IMG/VR virus record: IMGVR_UViG_2857429247_000001
Span: 49,386-113,385 of that record
DNA from: a virus
Taxonomy: Duplodnaviria > Caudoviricetes
DNA: 64,000 nucleotides
Direction: 5' to 3' (one strand)
The notes under the pieces were generated by a model. It had not been told where the DNA came from. It did no database searches and saw nothing but the letters and a program-made list of their open reading frames with translations. The stretch's first letter is position 1. Each line of letters opens with the position of its first letter. Of this stretch, positions 28,281-36,949 are shown one piece after another. Made by a program: the position numbers and the translations under genes.

Positions 28281-28681
28281 CTATGACCTGCGCCCTCTGT
28301 CCGCGGCCCTGATCAAGGCCGGGCGCTCGGTGCAGCTCGAGACCTCGGGGACAAGCGAGATCCGCATTGACCCGCGGGCCTTCGTGACGGTCTCGCCCAA
28401 GATCGGCATGCCCGGCGGCCTCAAGGTGCGTGACGACGCCCTGGCGCGCGCGGACGAGATCAAGATGCCCGTCGGCAAGCCTGCCGACGTCGAGCGCCTG
28501 CACGCGGTGGTGGATCGGCTGATGGCCGCGAAGGATCCGCGCCTCGACCGAATCCCGAAGGTGTGGCTGCAGCCGCTCTCCCAGTCCCCGAAGGCGACAG
28601 CGCTGTGCGTGGCCGCCGCGACGGCGAACGGGTGGCGCATCAGTCTGCAGACGCACAAGTATCTCGGCGTGCGATGACGAG

Positions 28682-28776
28682 GGGCTTCCCCCCAAGTATC
28701 GCTTGACGTAGAACACAAAACGAGAACTTCCCGCAGCGGCCCCGGCGATGAACCGGGGCCGTTTCGCATTTCAGGG
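28682..28776 (+). promoter_or_regulatory. Family B motif copy 2 with terminator-like hairpin
   Basis: GGGCTTCCCCCCAAGTATCGCTTGACGTA; hairpin 28736-28762 then ttcgcatttcaggg. Confidence 0.75.
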
Positions 28777-28783
28777 ACACGTC

Positions 28784-29014
28784 ATGGGTTACCGCAATGC
28801 TCTGCCCGGCGGCTCGTCCGACCAAGGGCCGAGCCGCCACTTCCCGGCCCTCGAAGGGTGCTTCGATCCTCCCGACTACTTCGGGCTGGAGACGACGGTC
28901 GGCTTGGTCGACGTAAGTAGCACGGAGGCTCAGCGTACGGTCGGAGGCGTGAAGCTCCTCTCTGGGCTGCGGCAGAGCAACGTTCTGCGGAAGCGAAGCC
29001 GCCGACGCGTATAG
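28784..29014 (+). CDS. Possible small protein
   Basis: ATG after AGGGA just downstream of the family B leader; weak codon bias. Confidence 0.3.
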   Translation: MGYRNALPGGSSDQGPSRHFPALEGCFDPPDYFGLETTVGLVDVSSTEAQRTVGGVKLLSGLRQSNVLRKRSRRRV

Positions 29015-29072
29015 TGGCCCCCGTGCGGCTCAGGCCGTGCCGGCCCGGTCTGCCGGGCCGCATGTGCAGCGC

Positions 29073-29876
29073 TCATGATGGGTTCCCCTGTTCGGCTCCC
29101 GCAGTCGCGGCGCGCCGCTCCCGCAGGATGGTGTTGAGCGCGTCGATCACCGCATTCTGGATAGCCACCGAGCGCCGGCGCGGGTCGGTCTCGCCGCCGG
29201 GCTGGTGCAGCGCATACACGGTCTGGGCGGCGATCTCCGCCGCGCGCACGGTCTGGCTCGACATGGTCGCAGTAGCCATGAACTCGCGCGCCGCGTGGCA
29301 CGGGTCACGGAAGGCGTGGACGGCGGCATTCGGCGGATACGCCCCGGGCGTGTCGCGCTCCGGACCGGCCAGGTCCTGCCGCATGGTCTCGAACGGGTTC
29401 TCGCCGTGCTGCGCGAAGCGCTGCATGAGGCTGACGATCTGGTAGTAGGCGTCCGACTTCGTCACCCGGTGGTGCACGGCGAGCGGCTTGCCCTCGGTCA
29501 GCCAATGGTCGGCTTGACGCATCAGGATGCCGATCTGGCGGTCGAAGTAAGCGGCAACGACCGCGGCGATGCGGCGCTCGAGCGCCTCCTGGACTTCGGC
29601 CCAGCCGGCGCGCTCCTCGGAGCCTACGTGCTCCCAGGGACAGGTGCCGAAGGTCAGCGTGCGCCGCTCCTCGACCTCGCAGCGGGCCTCGTGGATCTCC
29701 CGGCCCGCGTCGGCGTCGCGCCGGCGGGCCGGAGCGCCCAGGATCTCCCGGGCCTCGGCGTTCGTCAGCTTGAGGGTGATGGTCCCGTCATCGTTGTAGC
29801 GATAGCCGCGGCCGCTGCGGTGAGCCGCGAATAGGCGTTCGCGCTCGGGTTCGAGCATCTGGCGAAGGTCGCGCAT
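29073..29876 (-). CDS. Hypothetical protein
   Basis: 267-aa ORF, GAGG RBS. Confidence 0.65.
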   Translation of the reverse strand: MRDLRQMLEPERERLFAAHRSGRGYRYNDDGTITLKLTNAEAREILGAPARRRDADAGREIHEARCEVEERRTLTFGTCPWEHVGSEERAGWAEVQEALERRIAAVVAAYFDRQIGILMRQADHWLTEGKPLAVHHRVTKSDAYYQIVSLMQRFAQHGENPFETMRQDLAGPERDTPGAYPPNAAVHAFRDPCHAAREFMATATMSSQTVRAAEIAAQTVYALHQPGGETDPRRRSVAIQNAVIDALNTILRERRAATAGAEQGNPS

Positions 29877-29939
29877 GTGATCATCCTCTCTGGCGTCCTG
29901 TGCGTGGCCCGGATCGCACCCAGGCCACGAGGCGGGACG

Positions 29940-30329
29940 TCAGTCGATGTGTCCGGCGAGACCGCAGAAGCCGACCCGATCACGCTCGCGCCGCGCCTTG
30001 AATTCGTCCTCGGGCTCCAGCCACCGCCCGGCCGCGTCGAAACCCGGCGGCGACCACGTGTAGCTTGCGGGCAGGTCTGCCGGCCGCTCCGGCTCGTTTA
30101 TCTCGTCCCACGGAGCGTCCGAGGTCGAGGCGACGTGCGCGCGGCGCGGCTGATGGCTCGGGGTGGCCCAGCGCCAAGCCATGCAGTCGCTGGCGATGCA
30201 TCGGTGGCTGCCGTGCACTTGACCATCATACAGCCGGTTTGCCGCGCAGACGGGTTCCCCGGGCTTCTCGCTGTCCGGTGTCCGCGTGAAGGGACACCAC
30301 ATCGCGCGGGCTTGTGTCTGGGTGTGCAT
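29940..30329 (-). CDS. Cys-containing phage hypothetical protein
   Basis: ARAMWCPF...CIASDCMAWRW...GFCGLAG pattern. Confidence 0.7.
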   Translation of the reverse strand: MHTQTQARAMWCPFTRTPDSEKPGEPVCAANRLYDGQVHGSHRCIASDCMAWRWATPSHQPRRAHVASTSDAPWDEINEPERPADLPASYTWSPPGFDAAGRWLEPEDEFKARRERDRVGFCGLAGHID

Positions 30330-30358
30330 GGGATCCTCTCGGGGTTCGGCCGTTCTGA

Positions 30359-30751
30359 TCAGGCCGGCAGGCGGTTGAAGGCGGAGAACAGGTCGCGGAC
30401 GATCGCGATGGTGCGGTGCGCCTCGCGCAGACGCAGCGCCCGGACGGCGGGGTGCAGGCGCCAGGACGCGGCCGCCTGCCGGCACTCACCGGCGTGGGCG
30501 AGCTCCTGCGCGGCGCGGGCCCGCAGCGGGCGGTCGGCCAGCGTGCGGATGACGATCCCGGCCGGGCGGCCAGTGACCGCCCAGCCGCCGTCGGGCAGCC
30601 GCTTCGCCTCGCGCGTGGCGAAGATCATCGCGAAGTGGCCCTGGTGGGTGAACCGCTCGGTCGCCGAGCGCGGGTCGGCGTCGCGGAGGGCGAGTTCGCG
30701 TGCAGCAGTGCGGGTGCGGCGGTGGGCGGCGTAGTATTCTGCTCGGTTCAT
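30359..30751 (-). CDS. Hypothetical protein
   Basis: Preceded by a leader hairpin GGGC-CAC-GCCC-GACTCC. Confidence 0.6.
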   Translation of the reverse strand: MNRAEYYAAHRRTRTAARELALRDADPRSATERFTHQGHFAMIFATREAKRLPDGGWAVTGRPAGIVIRTLADRPLRARAAQELAHAGECRQAAASWRLHPAVRALRLREAHRTIAIVRDLFSAFNRLPA

Positions 30752-30790
30752 TGTCTCGCTCCGGAGTCGGGCGTGGCCCTGGCGGGATGA

Positions 30791-30822
30791 AGCGTGCACC
30801 CGTGAAGGCATGCACGCGTGAA
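30791..30822. repeat. Phased octamer array (4 units)
   Basis: agcgtgca cccgtgaa ggcatgca cgcgtgaa. Confidence 0.7.
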
Positions 30823-30830
30823 CTTGCGGG

Positions 30831-31439
30831 TCAGCGCGCCTTCGGCGTGCCGAAATAGCGGGTGAGGCGGCCTTCCTTCTCGCGGCGCAGGCTGATCTCG
30901 GCCTTCTCGCAGGCCTTCATCGCCATGGGCAGACACGCGGTCCAGCCGACCACCTGGCACAGCTCGTCGTGCGTCGCGCCCGTGGGCCGGCAGATGGTGT
31001 CGGCGAGCAGCGCCAGCTTCGTGCCGGCGCGCAGACCATCCAGGCGCACGGCGCCGGCCGCCGGCGCAGCGGGCGGCAACGTCATCGGCGCGGTGGGCTC
31101 CGGCGGCTGGCGGGTCTCGGGCGTGATCGTCACGTCCTCGAACGCCGCGGCGTCGCTGGCGCGCTGCGCGGCGCTGCGCTCGGCCTCGGCGGCGGCCCGC
31201 GCCGCCTCCTGCCGGCCGACCGCATCGGCCTCGGCCGCCTTGCGCTGCCAGTCCGCGTCGTCCTCCTCGTCCACGGCGTTCGCCTGGACCTCTGGGACGT
31301 CGTCGGCCGGGTGTGCGTCGACCGCCCAGGTCCAGCGGCCGTCGCGCTGCACGAAGTCGAGCGTCTCAGGATTGAGGCCGAGTTGCTTGGCACCGCGGAC
31401 CGCGCTGCGCTTATCGGCATAGGTCTTCCTGTTCACCAT
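30831..31439 (-). CDS. Protein with a C-terminal DUF3489-like (HTH-like) domain
   Basis: GTKLALLADTICRPTGATHDELCQVVGW. Confidence 0.6.
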   Translation of the reverse strand: MVNRKTYADKRSAVRGAKQLGLNPETLDFVQRDGRWTWAVDAHPADDVPEVQANAVDEEDDADWQRKAAEADAVGRQEAARAAAEAERSAAQRASDAAAFEDVTITPETRQPPEPTAPMTLPPAAPAAGAVRLDGLRAGTKLALLADTICRPTGATHDELCQVVGWTACLPMAMKACEKAEISLRREKEGRLTRYFGTPKAR

Positions 31440-31520
31440 CGCTTTGTCTCCCTCGAGTCGGGCGGCGCCCGTTGCGATGGACTGACCATGCCGCAGTCCC
31501 GGCCGAGAGGCACTAGGGAA
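31437..31520 (-). promoter_or_regulatory. Family A promoter/leader cassette copy 4
   Basis: TTCCCTAGTGCCT-N17-CATGGT...CATCG..GGGC-GCC-GCCC-GACTC..GGAGAC. Confidence 0.75.
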
Positions 31521-31628
31521 ATCGCGGCCTCTACCTGAAATCTCCTCGCCCGCGATCACGGGGGCGAGCCGATCCACCCTTCAGCCCGTCTCGGGCTGGC
31601 TCGGGCGTAGAGCCCCCGCGTGGTCGCG

Positions 31629-32075
31629 ATGCCCAGAGGACGTCCCCCATACCAGCCGACGGACAAGGCGCGCGGTCTCGTGCGCGGTCTGGCCTTGGCT
31701 GGCACGACCGAGGAGTCGATCGCCCGCATCGTCGGCATCGATCCGAAGACGCTGCGCAAATACTATCGGGACGAGCTCGACCTCGCGACCGCGCAGGCCT
31801 GCGCCAACGTCGCCCGCGCGCTCTACGAGACCGCCATCGACCGCAAGGCCGGCGTGAAGCACGTCACCGCGGCGATGTTCTTCCTTGAGTGCAAGGGCGG
31901 ATGGCGGCGCAAGGAGACGCTGCCTCCAGGCGCGATCGATCCTGGCGCGCCGGGCGGCGGCGCCCCCCAGACCGTGCGCATCGAGTTCGTCGGCCCCGCC
32001 GGCGGCGAGGAACTGGGCAGCGGCCCGCTCGAGCCCGACGCCGCCGCGCCCGAACCGGCCGACGCCGAGGCCTGA
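31629..32075 (+). CDS. terS: Terminase small subunit
   Basis: GRPPYQPT, HTH IARIVGIDPKTLRKYY.DEL, AAMFFLE..GGW; directly upstream of TerL. Confidence 0.8.
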   Translation: MPRGRPPYQPTDKARGLVRGLALAGTTEESIARIVGIDPKTLRKYYRDELDLATAQACANVARALYETAIDRKAGVKHVTAAMFFLECKGGWRRKETLPPGAIDPGAPGGGAPQTVRIEFVGPAGGEELGSGPLEPDAAAPEPADAEA

Positions 32076-32111
32076 CACCCCCGACATCACCGAGACCGGA
32101 GTTCGCGCGGC

Positions 32112-33461
32112 ATGTCCGGCAACGTCCAGATCCCGGCGTGCTTCCAGTTCCTCTACGATCCCCGCCCGGCCCGCTATCGCGCGGCCTTCGGCGGTCGCGG
32201 ATCGGGGAAAAGCCACGCCTTCGCCCAGGCCCTCGTGATCCGCGGCGCGCAGAGCCCGCAGCGCTGGCTGTGCTGCCGCGAGATCCAGAAGTCGCTGAAG
32301 TCCTCAGTCAAGCGGCTCCTGTCGGACAAGATCAAGGGCTGCGGGCTCTCGCACCTCTACAGCGAGACCGAGACCGAGATCCGCGGCCCCAACGGCACGC
32401 TGTTCCTGTTCGAGGGCCTGCGCTCGAACCCGGACTCGGTGAAGTCCATGGAGGGGCTCGACGGCGCGTGGGTCGAGGAGGCCAACACGGTCTCGCAGCG
32501 CTCGCTCGACCTGCTGATCCCGACGGTGCGCAAGCCGGGTTCCGAGATCTGGTTCACGTGGAACCCGAAGAGCCCCAAGGACCCGGTCGACAATCTGCTG
32601 CGCGGCAAGATCAAGCCGCCGGGCTCCATGATCCGGCGGGTCAACTTCGACCTGAACCAGTTCTTCCCGGACGTGCTCCGGCGCGACCTCGACTTCGACC
32701 GCCAGCGCGATCCGGACAAGTACGCGCACGTCTGGCTGGGCGAGTACCTCAAGAACAGCGAGGCCCGGGTCTTCAAGAACTGGGTGGAGGAGGAATTCGA
32801 GACCCCGGACGACGCGGAGTTCTACTTCGGCGCGGACTGGGGCTATTCGATCGATCCTACGGTGCTCATCCGCTGCTGGATAAAGGGCCGCACGCTCCAC
32901 GTCGATCAGGAGGCCTACGACCACGGTGTCGAGATCGACCACCTTCCGGCGTTCTTCGCAGGCAATGCGCCGGCCAAAGAGTGGAGTAACCCGCGCTTCT
33001 ACAAGGGCGTGGCTGGCTCCTATCGCTGGCCGATCCGCGGCGACAGCGCGAACCCGCAGGCGATCTCATACCTGCGTCGGCACGGCTTCAACATCGAACC
33101 GGCGGTGAAGGGCACAGGATCCATCGAGGAAGGCGTGGAGTTCCTGCGAACCTACGACATCAAGGTGCACCCGCGTTGCCGGCACACGATCGACGAGTTG
33201 ACCCTCTACAGCTTCAAGACCGACAAGCTCACCGACCGCGTGCTGCCCGTTCTCGCCGACAAGGACAACCACGTCATCGACGCGCTGCGCTACTCGATCG
33301 AGCCGCTCCGGATCGCGATGGCGTCGCAGGGCCTGCACGATCTCACCCGGCGCGAGGCGGAAGAGGCGATGGCCGCCGAGCAGCGCCTGCTCGAGACCGC
33401 GCGGCCGAAGCCGGACTATGCGGCTGGGTCGATGGAAGCCTTCATGGCCGCCCAAGGATAA
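32112..33461 (+). CDS. terL: Terminase large subunit (PBSX/SPP1-like)
   Basis: Walker A GGRGSGKS, CCREIQKSL, Walker B WVEEA, PTVRK, WNP, GADWGY, DNHVIDALRY. Confidence 0.95.
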   Translation: MSGNVQIPACFQFLYDPRPARYRAAFGGRGSGKSHAFAQALVIRGAQSPQRWLCCREIQKSLKSSVKRLLSDKIKGCGLSHLYSETETEIRGPNGTLFLFEGLRSNPDSVKSMEGLDGAWVEEANTVSQRSLDLLIPTVRKPGSEIWFTWNPKSPKDPVDNLLRGKIKPPGSMIRRVNFDLNQFFPDVLRRDLDFDRQRDPDKYAHVWLGEYLKNSEARVFKNWVEEEFETPDDAEFYFGADWGYSIDPTVLIRCWIKGRTLHVDQEAYDHGVEIDHLPAFFAGNAPAKEWSNPRFYKGVAGSYRWPIRGDSANPQAISYLRRHGFNIEPAVKGTGSIEEGVEFLRTYDIKVHPRCRHTIDELTLYSFKTDKLTDRVLPVLADKDNHVIDALRYSIEPLRIAMASQGLHDLTRREAEEAMAAEQRLLETARPKPDYAAGSMEAFMAAQG

Positions 33462-33550
33462 GTGCGCAGCGGTGAGGAGCCAGCTTGACGCGGCTCCGAC
33501 CACGACGTTCTGATCGAATTCAGGCGGAACGAAGCGAGTGCGGCAACGCG

Positions 33551-33916
33551 ATGGAGCTGACCCTCAAACCTCTGATGGACCACTATGGGGCGGTTTCTCC
33601 GGTCGAGGGCGATCCGGATGAGCATGATTTCTGGCACATCATCTTCGTCTCCGTCTGTCTCGGCAATCTGCAGCTGTTGAACCGGCATGCTCTGCGGGAA
33701 GGATGGTCCGACGCGCAGGTCGATGAGATCATGGACCGGTATCATGCGGCCCGGCGTTCCGCGCTCAAGAAGCCGGCTGCCGGCAACAAGGGACGCGTCG
33801 CCCTCGCGGTCCTGGCCATGGCCGACATGAGCCTGTCATCCGTCCGCGAAGGAAACGATCTGGCGGCCATGACGACGCTGGCCCTCGCCGAGGACCTGAT
33901 CGCGCAGATCATGTGA
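33551..33916 (+). CDS. Hypothetical protein (moron-like, between terL and portal)
   Basis: ORF with weaker GC3 bias. Confidence 0.45.
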   Translation: MELTLKPLMDHYGAVSPVEGDPDEHDFWHIIFVSVCLGNLQLLNRHALREGWSDAQVDEIMDRYHAARRSALKKPAAGNKGRVALAVLAMADMSLSSVREGNDLAAMTTLALAEDLIAQIM

Positions 33917-33929
33917 TCGCGGCGCCCAC

Positions 33930-33969
33930 GCCCTTCACCCATCGACGGTCTCACGCGTGAACGGGTGAA
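33930..33969. repeat. Phased octamer array (5 units) abutting the family B motif
   Basis: gcccttca cccatcga cggtctca cgcgtgaa cgggtgaa. Confidence 0.7.
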
Positions 33970-33973
33970 AAAG

Positions 33974-34071
33974 GGGCTTCCCCCCAAGTATCGCTTGACG
34001 TATAGACCAACACGCAAACATCGATCAGGCGCCGGCGGGACCACCCGCGCGGCGCCTTTCTCGTTTCGGGG
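33974..34071 (+). promoter_or_regulatory. Family B motif copy 3 with terminator-like hairpin, upstream of the portal gene
   Basis: 36 bp identical to 47724-47759; hairpin 34027-34057 then ttctcgtttcgggg. Confidence 0.8.
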
Positions 34072-34183
34072 TGGCGGCGTCTAGCGCCCGCCCCCATGCG
34101 CGCCTCATGGCGCGCCCGCGCTCTCACGCGCCGCATCACCCCGAATTCCCTGCCCCGCCGCCAGCCCGAGCGAGGATCCCCGC

Positions 34184-35659
34184 ATGCCCCCAGAAGGCGG
34201 CAATCGCACGCCTCTGAGCGTGAGCGCACGGTTTTCCGGAAACTGGTCGGTGTTCTCGCCCGGACTTCCGGTCGCCCCGATCGGCAGCGAGCCGGTGCGC
34301 ACCTGGGATTTCCAGGTCGGGCAGAACACGATCGTCACGCCGCGTTCCTACGAGCCGTTCGGCTTCCCGCAGTTGCGGGCGTTCTCCAACGTCGAACTGG
34401 TGCGTCTCGCCATCGAGACCCGCAAGGATCAGGTCGAGCGCTTCGACTGGTCGGTGAAGCCGCGCAAGATCCCGGGGCGGCAGCGCCACTACGACCGGGA
34501 CGGCCGCATCGCCAAGGTCGAGGAGCGGCTGCGCCGCCCCGACGGCGTCACCCCGTTCGCGACGTGGCTGCGGCTCCTGCTCGAGGACCTCCTCGCCCTG
34601 GACGCCCCCGCGATCGAGCGGCGGCGCAATCTCGGCGGCGACGTCATCGGCTATGACGTGGTCGACGGCTCGACCATCAAGGCGCTGGTCGATCAGACCG
34701 GGCGCCGTCCGGTCCCGCCCGATCCGGCCTTCCAGCAGGTGATCAAGGGCGTGCCGTGGGCCGATCTCACCACGGACGACCTGATCTACTGCCCGCGCAA
34801 TCCGCGGCCCGGACACCTCTACGGCCTCGGACCGGTCGAGCAGATCATCGTCACGCTGACGACGGTCATGCGTCGCCAGAGCGCGCAGCTCGCCTACTTC
34901 ACCGAGGGCAACACGCCGGCCGGCATCCTGAACGCGCCCGCCGGGTGGTCGAAGGAGCACATCAAGGATTTCCAGACTTGGTTCGAGGCCAAGCTCGCGG
35001 GCAACACCGCCGAGCGCTCGAAGCTGCTCTGGGTTCCGGAGGGCACGAAGTACTCGGCCTTCAAGGAGTCGCCGATCAAGGACGAGTTCGACGAGTGGCT
35101 CGCCCGCATCGTCGCCTTCGCGTTCTCGCTGCCGCCGACCCCCTTCATCAAGCAGCTCAACCGCTCCACCGCGGAAGAGGGCGGCGCCCGGGCACTCGAG
35201 GAAGGCCTCCAGCCGATCCTGCGTTGGGTGAAGCGGCTGATCGACGGCATTATCCAAGACGACCTCGCCCATCCCGACCTTGAGTTCGTCTGGGAGGTCT
35301 CGCGCGACATCGATCCGAAGGTGCAGTCCGAGATCGACGACCGGAACCTGAAGAACGGCTCCGAGGTCATCGACGAGGTGCGCGACCGCCGCGGCCAGGA
35401 CCCGCTGCCCGGCGGCGTCGGCGCGATCGCGCGGATCTACACCAACAACGGCGCCATCGACCTCGTGTCGAACGACGCGCTGACCGCGGCCTCGGTCGCC
35501 GGTGCCGCTCGCGCCGCGCAGGCGGATCCCGAGCCGGCCGGCAAGCCCGATGGCAAGGACGGTGGCGGCGCGGATGATCCGCCGAAGGGTTCGGGATCCG
35601 AGTCGGATGGCGACGCCGGGGAGGACGCAGGGAAGGACGGCCAGGAGGACGCGGAATGA
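34184..35659 (+). CDS. Phage portal protein
   Basis: Position after TerL; LYGLGPVEQI, YFTEGNTPAGIL, ARIVAFAF portal-like motifs. Confidence 0.9.
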   Translation: MPPEGGNRTPLSVSARFSGNWSVFSPGLPVAPIGSEPVRTWDFQVGQNTIVTPRSYEPFGFPQLRAFSNVELVRLAIETRKDQVERFDWSVKPRKIPGRQRHYDRDGRIAKVEERLRRPDGVTPFATWLRLLLEDLLALDAPAIERRRNLGGDVIGYDVVDGSTIKALVDQTGRRPVPPDPAFQQVIKGVPWADLTTDDLIYCPRNPRPGHLYGLGPVEQIIVTLTTVMRRQSAQLAYFTEGNTPAGILNAPAGWSKEHIKDFQTWFEAKLAGNTAERSKLLWVPEGTKYSAFKESPIKDEFDEWLARIVAFAFSLPPTPFIKQLNRSTAEEGGARALEEGLQPILRWVKRLIDGIIQDDLAHPDLEFVWEVSRDIDPKVQSEIDDRNLKNGSEVIDEVRDRRGQDPLPGGVGAIARIYTNNGAIDLVSNDALTAASVAGAARAAQADPEPAGKPDGKDGGGADDPPKGSGSESDGDAGEDAGKDGQEDAE

Positions 35660-36012
35660 GCCTCCATCGCACCGGCAACGGCGACCTCTCGGTCGGCGTC
35701 GTCCCGGAGCGCGTTCCGGTCTCCTACACCTCGGTCCCCGGCTCGCCGTTCACGCTCGGCCCGGACTGGCAGCGGGTCGCGACCACCTCGACCACGACGC
35801 GGGCCCTGCGAGTCTCGCCGCTGGCCAGCGCCGTGACCTACGACATCGAGTGGACCTCGGTGGCGGCAGGGGGCGACGCGCCCGCCGACGCGCATGGCGA
35901 GCCGATCATGGGCGGCGAGGACTTCCTCGGCGGCATTCCGCTGGGCGACATCTACCTGAAGAGCGCCACGGGGCAGATCGCGATCGTGCGCATCGGTGAG
36001 TACGCCGCGTGA
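35656..36012 (+). CDS. Hypothetical virion-associated protein
   Basis: Beta-rich, in the head module. Confidence 0.6.
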   Translation: MSLHRTGNGDLSVGVVPERVPVSYTSVPGSPFTLGPDWQRVATTSTTTRALRVSPLASAVTYDIEWTSVAAGGDAPADAHGEPIMGGEDFLGGIPLGDIYLKSATGQIAIVRIGEYAA

Positions 36013-36320
36013 GGCCGGTTCCGATCCCTCCTGCCGCGGTCGCCGCGATCCTGACCGGCGCCGGACTCGTGCCGGAACTGGCGATCGTCTCGGACGGTGA
36101 TCGGCGCGTCCTGCAGGTCGGCCCGTGGCGCACCGCGGCGGTGCCCGACCCGTCCACGGTCAGCTTCGCCGGCCCGAACGGGCTCACCGACACGATCACC
36201 GAGGCCGCCGATCTGCGTGGCCCGGCGACCATCGCCACGCTCACCTCAGCCGATGATCCCAGCGCGTCCCTGACGCTCGATCCGGTCAACGGTGACGTCT
36301 TCCGCACGACCGGGACCTGA
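36009..36320 (+). CDS. Hypothetical protein
   Basis: GTGA overlap. Confidence 0.55.
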   Translation: MRPVPIPPAAVAAILTGAGLVPELAIVSDGDRRVLQVGPWRTAAVPDPSTVSFAGPNGLTDTITEAADLRGPATIATLTSADDPSASLTLDPVNGDVFRTTGT

Positions 36321-36324
36321 CCCG

Positions 36325-36567
36325 ATGGCCTCGACCACCACCAAGATCGGCAATCTGCGCGGGCCCGCCGGCCCGGCCGGCCCCACGGGCGCCACCGGTG
36401 CGCCGGGCGCCAACGGAGCCACCGGTCAGACCGGCGCCGCCGGCGCGCGCGGCGCCTCGGTCTTTTCCGGGAACGGCGCCCCCTCGGCCGCGATCATCGC
36501 CCAGGCGGTGGCCGGCCAGGACAGCTATCTCGACCTCGTCTCCGGCGACACCTACAGCTTCGCTTAA
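36325..36567 (+). CDS. Short collagen-like (G-X-Y) protein
   Basis: [24 protein letters not shown]...YLDLVSGDTY. Confidence 0.75.
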   Translation: MASTTTKIGNLRGPAGPAGPTGATGAPGANGATGQTGAAGARGASVFSGNGAPSAAIIAQAVAGQDSYLDLVSGDTYSFA

Positions 36568-36570
36568 GCC

Positions 36571-36909
36571 GTGGCGAACGCAGCGACCAAGGTCGGCCGC
36601 ATCGGCATCGCCCCGTTCGCGAAGGCCTACACCACCGACGCGAGCGGTCAGGTGAAGGTCTCGTTCGGCGCCCTGTTCTCGGCCGCACCCGTGGTTACGG
36701 CCACCGGGATATCGGGCGGCGACGGGCGCCCGATCATGGTCTCGATCGTGGCCGGCAGCCTGACGAAGGACGGCGTCACCCTCCAGGCCTATCGGTCGGT
36801 GGCGATGCCGGTCACGGCCACGCTGTCCCAGCTGCTCGGCTCGGACCTCCTGCCGCCCGCGGGCGCGAATGTCGGCATGCACGTCCACGCCGCTCCCGCC
36901 TCGGCCTGA
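36571..36909 (+). CDS. Hypothetical virion protein (fibre-tip-like beta domain)
   Basis: VSFGALFSAAPVVTAT motif. Confidence 0.55.
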   Translation: MANAATKVGRIGIAPFAKAYTTDASGQVKVSFGALFSAAPVVTATGISGGDGRPIMVSIVAGSLTKDGVTLQAYRSVAMPVTATLSQLLGSDLLPPAGANVGMHVHAAPASA

Positions 36910-36949
36910 CGCGCCCAGCGCGAAATCCCACGATATCCGGAGGGGCGCG

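Larger units (their letters stand above)
26330..28677 (+). pseudogene. queE: 7-carboxy-7-deazaguanine synthase (radical SAM) interrupted by IS1380; parts 26330-26665 and 28285-28677
   Basis: EIFESIQGE, FIRLQGCPVGCGFCDT (CxxxCxxC) and ITGGEPALY join DLRPL...QLETSGT, TVSPK, WLQP, WRISLQTHK in frame after removing the IS and one CTAT copy (242 aa). Confidence 0.93.

Noticed and set aside
28267-28677. Independent gene starting at a GTG in the IS right end
   Set aside because: It is the queE C-terminal half with a fortuitous start inside the terminal IR and lacks the radical SAM motif.
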